Below are positions 58,720 through 64,000 of a DNA stretch of 64,000 nt, piece by piece. Below the pieces are notes generated by a model. It searched no databases. It was given only the letters and a program-made list of their open reading frames with translations, and was not told the origin of the DNA. Numbering within the stretch: position 1 is the stretch's first letter; each line of letters begins with the position of its first letter. The DNA comes from an uncultured Planctomycetota bacterium (GTDB lineage Bacteria; Planctomycetota; Planctomycetia; Isosphaerales; Isosphaeraceae), in contig CAVTTN010000002.1 of the NCBI GenBank assembly GCA_963737655.1, positions 2,848,001 to 2,912,000 of the forward strand. The letters run 5' to 3'. Both the position numbers and the translations under genes were made by a program.

Positions 58720-60636
58720 TTATTCCGAGGCCTCGCCGTCGGATTCCGGGCGTCGCCGCCTCGGAGGAAGGGGGCGGGGTCGAGGAGGGCCGGTCCTCTT
58801 GCGGAGGGCCGGCGGCCGGCGGCTCGGCGGGCCGTCGTCGGGAGGGACGACCAGGCCGATGATCCGTCGGGTCGGCGGGGCGTCCCTCGGCGGCATCGGG
58901 CGAGGTGGCCGAGGCCCGGCTCCCTGTCCCTGTCCCTGACTCGGACCCTGTCCCTGTCCTTGACCCGGTCCCCGCCCTGGACCCATTCCCGGACCCGGCC
59001 GTTGCCCTTGACCCGAAGTTCCGGGCCGGAACGGCGAGGGGCGACCCGGCCGGGGCGGACCGGAGCGACGATCGCCGGGTCCGCCGGACGGATGAGGCCC
59101 CATCCCGCCTTCCGGGACGAACGGCCCGCGATCCCGAGGGGGGCGGCCTCCCTGCGGACCGGGCGGACGTCCCGGGCCGTGGCCCTGGCCCTGCCCCTGA
59201 GCCGCTCGCGGACCTCCGGCGAACGGCCTCGGGCGGTCTCCGGGCCCGCCTTCAGGCCGGGGCGGACGGCCTCCCGGCACGAACGGCCGAGGGCGGCGGT
59301 CCTCGCCCTGGGGCGGACCTCCGGCGAAGTTCCGGGGCCGCTGGTCCCCTCCGGCGAAGTTCCGGGGCCGCTGGTCCCCTCCGGCGAAGTTCCGGGGCCG
59401 CTGGTCCCCTCCGGGATGGCCTCCGGGACCGTGAGCAGGCCGGGGAGGCCGGCCCGAGAACGGCCGGGGACGCCCTTCGGAGGCGGCCTCGTGGTCCTCC
59501 GGTCGAGGCGGACGGCCCGACCCGGGGACGAACCTCGGCGGGCGGCGATTGGCGTTCCCGATCGGAGGGCCCGAGGGCCTGGGGCCGGTCGGTCGGCCGG
59601 TGGGTTGCCGGGCGACCGATCGGGGGCCTCGGGAGATCGGCCGCGGGCCTCTCGAGCGGTCCTCGTCGAACCAGCCCGAGGGCACGGGCTGGCCGTCGGC
59701 GACCTTGCGGAGCAGGTCCACCTCCCGGCTCGTGAGGAACCGCCAGCCACCGGGCTTGAGGCCCTTGATCGTGATCGGCCCGACGGCCACCCGGACGAGG
59801 CTCATGACCTTGTGGCCGAACTTCGCGAGCATCCGCCGGACCTCGCGGTTCTTCCCCTCGGCCAGGACGAGCTCGAGGATCGTGGCGTCCCCCTGCTTGC
59901 CCACGGGGCGGACCCGCTTGGCCCGGACCTTGCCCTCGGCCAGCCAGACCCCTTCGGTCAGCTTCGTCAGCACCTCGGGCGTCGGCGAGCCGGCGACGAC
60001 GGCGCGATAGACCTTCTCCACGCCGAACTTGGGATGGGCCAGGCGGTTGGCCAGGTCGCCGTCGTTGGTCAGCAGCATCAGGCCGACGCTCATCTCGTCC
60101 AGGCGGCCGACGGTGTAGACCCTCTGGGGGATGTCCGGGATGATGTCCACGACCCGAGGGCGGCCGGAGGGGTCGCTATTGGTGGAGACGTAGCCCTTGG
60201 GCTTGTTCACGGCGATGTAGGCGGGCCGTTCCTCGTGGATCGGCTCGCCATCGACGGCCAGCCTGTCGCGGCCGGGGACGATCTTGACGCCGAGCTCGCG
60301 GACGACCTGGCCGTTGACCGTCACCCGGCCCTGGAGGATGAATTCCTCGCAGGCGCGGCGGGAGCCGAGGCCGGCATGCGCGAGCAGCTTCTGGATCCGT
60401 TCGGGGGCCGAGTCCCCGGGGGAGACGTTCGGCGAAGGACGAGCGGCGGCGCCTCTCGGCGGCGCGGGCTTCTGGAACGGGCGACGGTCGCGGTCCCGAG
60501 GCGGGCCCGAGGACGGGCGGCCGGGGCCGGAATTCGAACCGGGGCCGGAGGGGCCGGGCTTCCGAAATCGCTTCGGTGGCCCGGGGGGGCGAGATCCGGA
60601 CGGGCCCCCCGGGCGGGGAGGGCGGCGGCTGGGCAT
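58720..60636 (-). CDS. rluB: rRNA pseudouridine synthase (RsuA/RluB family) with long Arg/Pro/Gly-rich tails
   Basis: S4 domain RIQKLLAHAGLGSRR; NKPKG, VGRLDxxSxGLxLLTNDG, EGKNREVRRM. The rluB symbol is by family similarity. Confidence 0.85.
   Translation of the reverse strand: MPSRRPPRPGGPSGSRPPGPPKRFRKPGPSGPGSNSGPGRPSSGPPRDRDRRPFQKPAPPRGAAARPSPNVSPGDSAPERIQKLLAHAGLGSRRACEEFILQGRVTVNGQVVRELGVKIVPGRDRLAVDGEPIHEERPAYIAVNKPKGYVSTNSDPSGRPRVVDIIPDIPQRVYTVGRLDEMSVGLMLLTNDGDLANRLAHPKFGVEKVYRAVVAGSPTPEVLTKLTEGVWLAEGKVRAKRVRPVGKQGDATILELVLAEGKNREVRRMLAKFGHKVMSLVRVAVGPITIKGLKPGGWRFLTSREVDLLRKVADGQPVPSGWFDEDRSRGPRPISRGPRSVARQPTGRPTGPRPSGPPIGNANRRPPRFVPGSGRPPRPEDHEAASEGRPRPFSGRPPRPAHGPGGHPGGDQRPRNFAGGDQRPRNFAGGDQRPRNFAGGPPQGEDRRPRPFVPGGRPPRPEGGPGDRPRPFAGGPRAAQGQGQGHGPGRPPGPQGGRPPRDRGPFVPEGGMGPHPSGGPGDRRSGPPRPGRPSPFRPGTSGQGQRPGPGMGPGRGPGQGQGQGPSQGQGQGAGPRPPRPMPPRDAPPTRRIIGLVVPPDDGPPSRRPPALRKRTGPPRPRPLPPRRRRPESDGEASE
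59318..59414. repeat. Perfect 30-bp tandem repeat x3 encoding GGDQRPRNFA
   Basis: cctccggcgaagttccggggccgctggtcc three times, in frame inside the rluB tail. Confidence 0.9.
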
Positions 60637-60797
60637 GGGTGGTCCTGCTTCTCTTCCAGAGACGAGGCGGAGACGGCCGGGACCAATGAACGAATCGTCC
60701 GGGCCTTCGGCCATCTTACGCCCCAGGGCAAGGCCGAGTCCACCGGAGCCAGTTTCCGAGGCGGTCGCGGCCGTCGCTTTCGATCCTGGAGTCTTTC

Positions 60798-60829
60798 GGG
60801 TGCCCCCGGTTCTCGAACCGGGGGCACCC
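60798..60829. repeat. 15-bp perfect inverted repeat upstream of rluB
   Basis: gggtgcccccggttc-tc-gaaccgggggcaccc. Confidence 0.7.
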
Positions 60830-60962
60830 CAGAGGTCCGGATTCCGGAGTCCGACCCAGGGCCTTTTGTGCTCTGGGACCCCTGGTCGGAAGCGTCCTTC
60901 GCGATGCGAACGGCCCCGGGGGGACTTGCCCGGACCCTGCCCCCAGGCTCGGAAGCTTCTGG

Positions 60963-61022
60963 AAAACCGAAACGCCGATGGGGACAGGCGCCTCGTCTGG
61001 GAGGTGCCCGTCCCCATCGGCG
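60963..61022 (-). terminator. Intrinsic terminator after the small lipoprotein gene
   Basis: Stem cgccgatggggac..cctc / gagg..gtccccatcggcg followed by tttcggtttt on the minus strand. Confidence 0.65.
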
Positions 61023-61062
61023 ATGGTGTTGATCTTGGAGGCGAGGCCCGAGGCGAACCGGA

Positions 61063-61296
61063 TCAGGGCCCGAGGCCGCCGTGGGTCCGGAACGGGGTCA
61101 TGTGCGAGGGCTGGTCGAGGAACCAGATCCGCTCCCACTCGTCGCCGGCCTGGCGGAGGTTCTCGGAATCGACGAGGAGTTCTTCCGCGCGTCGGGGCGG
61201 ATAGGCCGCATAGTGAGGCAGGGGGACCGGGGCACATCCCTCGCCCACGGCCAGGCCGGCCACCACGAGAATCAGGGCCGCCAAGGACTTACGCAT
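61063..61296 (-). CDS. Small putative lipoprotein (77 aa)
   Basis: GGAGG SD; signal peptide ending GEGC; C-terminal WERIWFLDQPSHMTPFRTHGG. Confidence 0.75.
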   Translation of the reverse strand: MRKSLAALILVVAGLAVGEGCAPVPLPHYAAYPPRRAEELLVDSENLRQAGDEWERIWFLDQPSHMTPFRTHGGLGP

Positions 61297-61453
61297 TCCG
61301 GGGATCCTCCCGAGACGGTCCGAGATCGCCCGGGTCGGTCCCGCCGCGCGATCCGTCGCGCGGTTCCGACCCGAGGGGCGAGCGGCCCTCCGGGCCGGGC
61401 TCGCCGGGGACCGGGAGGCGCGCCCTCGGCCCGATCCGGCGGAGGGGCGGGCC

Positions 61454-61855
61454 TCAATCCCCCTTGTCCGCCGACGCCTTGGCGGGGGCGCGTCCGGCGT
61501 CGGGACTCGGGGCGATCGGTCCGTTACCTTCTCCATCGGCATCCGTGGCGTCTTCCAATAGCGGAAGATTTTCCGGATTCATCTGTCGGACGAGTTCTTC
61601 CATTTCTTTGCCCGGCTTGAAGGTCACCACGTTCTTCGCCGGGACGCTCACCTTGTCGCCGGTCCGGGGGTTGCGGGCCTTCCTCGGCTGCCGACGCTTG
61701 ACCTCGAACACGCCGAAGTTCCGCAGCTCGATCCGTCCCTCGCTGACCAGCGTCTGGATGATTGCGTTGAGCGTCCTCTGCACGATGTCCTTGGTCTTCA
61801 ACTGGGTCAGGCCGATCTCCTCGGAGATTTGCTTGACGATTTCTTTCTTGGTCAC
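61454..61855 (-). CDS. HU/IHF family DNA-binding protein
   Basis: [30 protein letters not shown]. Confidence 0.93.
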   Translation of the reverse strand: MTKKEIVKQISEEIGLTQLKTKDIVQRTLNAIIQTLVSEGRIELRNFGVFEVKRRQPRKARNPRTGDKVSVPAKNVVTFKPGKEMEELVRQMNPENLPLLEDATDADGEGNGPIAPSPDAGRAPAKASADKGD

Positions 61856-61989
61856 GGCGACGGTCTCCAGGGGTCGGGCCGGCCCGGGCCGAGCGAGATC
61901 GGCTCAACTGTAGGAACGGTATGGAGTAGTGTCAAGGGGTAAACTCGAATCGCGGGGTTCCGACGCCTCGCCCGCACCCCGGGTTTCGC

Positions 61990-62487
61990 TCAAGGAGCGA
62001 TGTTTGGCCCCTCGATGGCCCGCCCGCCCGGGAATCGTCCCCGGGCCTGGGCCGTCCGCAAGTGATGATGCAGGGGTGCATAGGCCCAGGGGAGCCCCAG
62101 GGCCTCGGTCAGGGCCTTCAGGCGGCCGAGGAACCGCTCGCTCAAGGCGTGGGCTGTCTCCTGGTACGGCTCGTCGCAGAAATAGACCCGGCACCCCAGG
62201 GGCCGGGCCTCCCGGGCCGTGCACCGGCCTCTCGAATCCTGCCACGGGCAGGTCGAGCCGTCGTCCAGGGGGCGGCTCGGTTCCGGGGCGTCGGCCAGGA
62301 GCAGCCGGGCCTCGATCTCGCTCAGGAACAGCGTGTGGTCGTACTCGGTGAACCGGCAGCACCGGCCGCTCAGGGCGCAGACCGGCCCGGCGCGGGCCAC
62401 CTCCCCGGCCAGGTCGGCGTAGACGACCGCCAACTCCCGGCGGATCGTGTCGAGGCCCGACGACGGATCTTCGGTGGATGGCTCCAT
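61990..62487 (-). CDS. YkgJ-like cysteine-cluster protein
   Basis: CALSGRCC, CPW, CTAREARPLGCRVYFC. Confidence 0.75.
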   Translation of the reverse strand: MEPSTEDPSSGLDTIRRELAVVYADLAGEVARAGPVCALSGRCCRFTEYDHTLFLSEIEARLLLADAPEPSRPLDDGSTCPWQDSRGRCTAREARPLGCRVYFCDEPYQETAHALSERFLGRLKALTEALGLPWAYAPLHHHLRTAQARGRFPGGRAIEGPNIAP

Positions 62488-62488
62488 G

Positions 62489-62908
62489 TTAGCTTGGGGA
62501 CCGCCCGAGGGCGTCCACGATCTCCTCCACCGTGAACAGCCGTCCCTGGCCGGCGCCCGGGCAGCCCCGGCCGGTCCTCCGCCAGTCCGAGGGCGATTCG
62601 ACGTTCTCCGGCCAGAACGGCCAGGTCCGGCACTGGTTGGGCCGATCGTCGTACACGGTGCAGCCGCCGGAGCGGTCCCAGAAGATGCAGTCGTGGTTGG
62701 GCTTTTCGACCAGGCTCAGCCGGTTCCCCACCCGTCGGAGAAAGCGGGCGCCGAACTCGTCGAGCCCCAGGCCGAGCCGATCGGCCAGCCTGGCGATCTC
62801 GGCCGCGTCCATCCACACGTACCCGGGGCTGCCGGTGCAGCAGGCGCCGCATCGGGTGCATTCGAACCGAAGTCCGTCGCCGTACCAGGGTTCGGGCTGT
62901 CCTGACAT
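62489..62908 (-). CDS. YkgJ family cysteine-cluster (Zn/Fe-S) protein
   Basis: GLRFECTRCGACC, DCIFW, CTVYDDRPNQCRTWPFW, CPG. Confidence 0.88.
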   Translation of the reverse strand: MSGQPEPWYGDGLRFECTRCGACCTGSPGYVWMDAAEIARLADRLGLGLDEFGARFLRRVGNRLSLVEKPNHDCIFWDRSGGCTVYDDRPNQCRTWPFWPENVESPSDWRRTGRGCPGAGQGRLFTVEEIVDALGRSPS

Positions 62909-63041
62909 CGGGTCGCGAACTCCGCCGATCGAGGGTTACTGAGCGTCAGTCTAGCGACCGACGACGAACCGGGCAAGGGTCGGTCGTCCGAACGTGCGAA
63001 GGCCCGATGAGTTAGGGCCGATCCGCCGGGGCCGTGGCCAC

Positions 63042-63100
63042 GTAGGGCAGGCCTTGGCCCGCCGAGACTCGCGGAGCCGGCAGGCCAAGGCCTGCCCTAC
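63042..63100. repeat. REP family A doublet
   Basis: gtagggcaggccttggcccgccg ... cggcaggccaaggcctgccctac. Confidence 0.85.
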
Positions 63101-63174
63101 GATGGACCGTCGCTCGCCTTCCGAGAGCGGGCCGCCGCAGGGCCGATCTGGCAGGCCGGGGACGTCGGCGAGGG

Positions 63175-63663
63175 TCAACGCATCTCGACGGCGCCCCACT
63201 GGCCGAAGCATTCCTCGACCTCGACACGAATCGTCTCCGGCGGGGCCACGCCCGAGGCCTCCCATCCCGAGAGGAGCCGCCGGGCCAGGTAATCGGCCAG
63301 GAGCTCGGCCGTCGTGTTCGCCACCGGCAAGAGCACGCATTCCTCCTTCGGGAAGCTCCAGCGACGCTCCTTGTACCGGGCCGTCCAGTTCTCGCCGTCG
63401 GACTCCACCGAGATCAGCGGGTTCCTCGTCGGCAGGAGCATCCGGTGGTCGAGCTCGTCCACGAGCGATCGGGTCTGATCGCGGAGGGCGAGGAAATCGA
63501 ACACGTACGAATTCTCGTCCAGGGGTCCCGAGACCTCGACGGCGACCCGGTAGTTGTGGCCGTGGATCCGTTCGCAATGGTCGCCGTTGAACGTGATGAA
63601 ATGCCCGGCCGAGAAGACGAGCGTGTCCTTCGTCACCCGGACGTGGAATCGGGATTGGGGCAT
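63175..63663 (-). CDS. 6-pyruvoyl-tetrahydropterin synthase / QueD-like protein
   Basis: FSAGHF, CERIHGHNY, LDHRMLLP, NTTAELLA. Confidence 0.9.
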   Translation of the reverse strand: MPQSRFHVRVTKDTLVFSAGHFITFNGDHCERIHGHNYRVAVEVSGPLDENSYVFDFLALRDQTRSLVDELDHRMLLPTRNPLISVESDGENWTARYKERRWSFPKEECVLLPVANTTAELLADYLARRLLSGWEASGVAPPETIRVEVEECFGQWGAVEMR

Positions 63664-63696
63664 GATGGACTGGCTCGCTTGGGGTCTCGTCCCGGA

Positions 63697-64000
63697 TCAC
63701 TGCGGACGATTCTCGGGAATCTCGGGCCTCCCGGGCAACCTGATCTGACCCGATCTCCCCGCAAATCGACCGCGGAGAGGGAGGCGGATCGTGCCATCGG
63801 CCAGGGCGACGAACAGGGAAGCGGCGGTGAGGTCCGCCGTGGTCCCGGGGTTTCGCGAGTGGCCGTCGTCGCGGAGCCAGGCGTCGAGCGCGTCGAGGTC
63901 GCCGGTCGAGAGGGCCTGGCCCGCTCGTCGAGACGCCTCGGCCGCGATCCCCTCCCCCCTCTTGCGACGAATCAGGGTGTCCGGCCGGGCGGCGAGCGTG
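63697..64000 (-). CDS. CitG-family (triphosphoribosyl-dephospho-CoA synthase-like) protein, C-terminal part only
   Basis: Manual translation gives PDTLIRRKRG..LDAWLRDDGHSRNPGTTADLTAASLF; TGA at 63697-63699. Confidence 0.8.
   Translation of the reverse strand, partial: TLAARPDTLIRRKRGEGIAAEASRRAGQALSTGDLDALDAWLRDDGHSRNPGTTADLTAASLFVALADGTIRLPLRGRFAGRSGQIRLPGRPEIPENRPQ

Noticed and set aside
59318..59414. 30-bp repeats as a CRISPR array
   Set aside because: The repeats are directly adjacent with no spacers, are in frame within a CDS, and no cas genes are present.

Overview
A GC-rich chromosomal window, most likely from a planctomycete. The evidence is three LExR-type 'planctomycete extracellular' N-termini, a DUF1549/DUF1553 + DUF1501 + PPC module, a DUF1570 protein and a PEP-CTERM protein; assignment to Isosphaeraceae is an inference. 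Main contents, in order: (1) a partial EAL phosphodiesterase; (2) two tandem paralogous beta-helix surface proteins; (3) an MsbA-like exporter and an ADP-heptose/LPS-core cluster (hldE, hldD, GT9, GT4); (4) the DUF1553/DUF1501/PPC module; (5) a three-gene MBOAT / DltX-like micropeptide / SGNH acylation cassette, the most interesting system here, whose micropeptide is mis-started in the ORF track; (6) glgX-treS-treY, with many single-base frameshifts that are probably consensus errors; (7) a BlaI/BlaR1(M56) pair; (8) tRNA-Glu(CTC) with promoter and terminator; (9) several secreted proteins; (10) a GT4 + tandem LPS-kinase pair; (11) an RluB-type pseudouridine synthase with long low-complexity tails, HU/IHF, two YkgJ-like proteins, a PTPS/QueD-like protein and a partial CitG-like gene. 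Two families of GTAG-type REP/REPIN elements and several long palindromes lie in intergenic spaces. No CRISPR array, transposase, integrase or rRNA was seen. All family assignments come from recognising motifs by eye, not from database searches.
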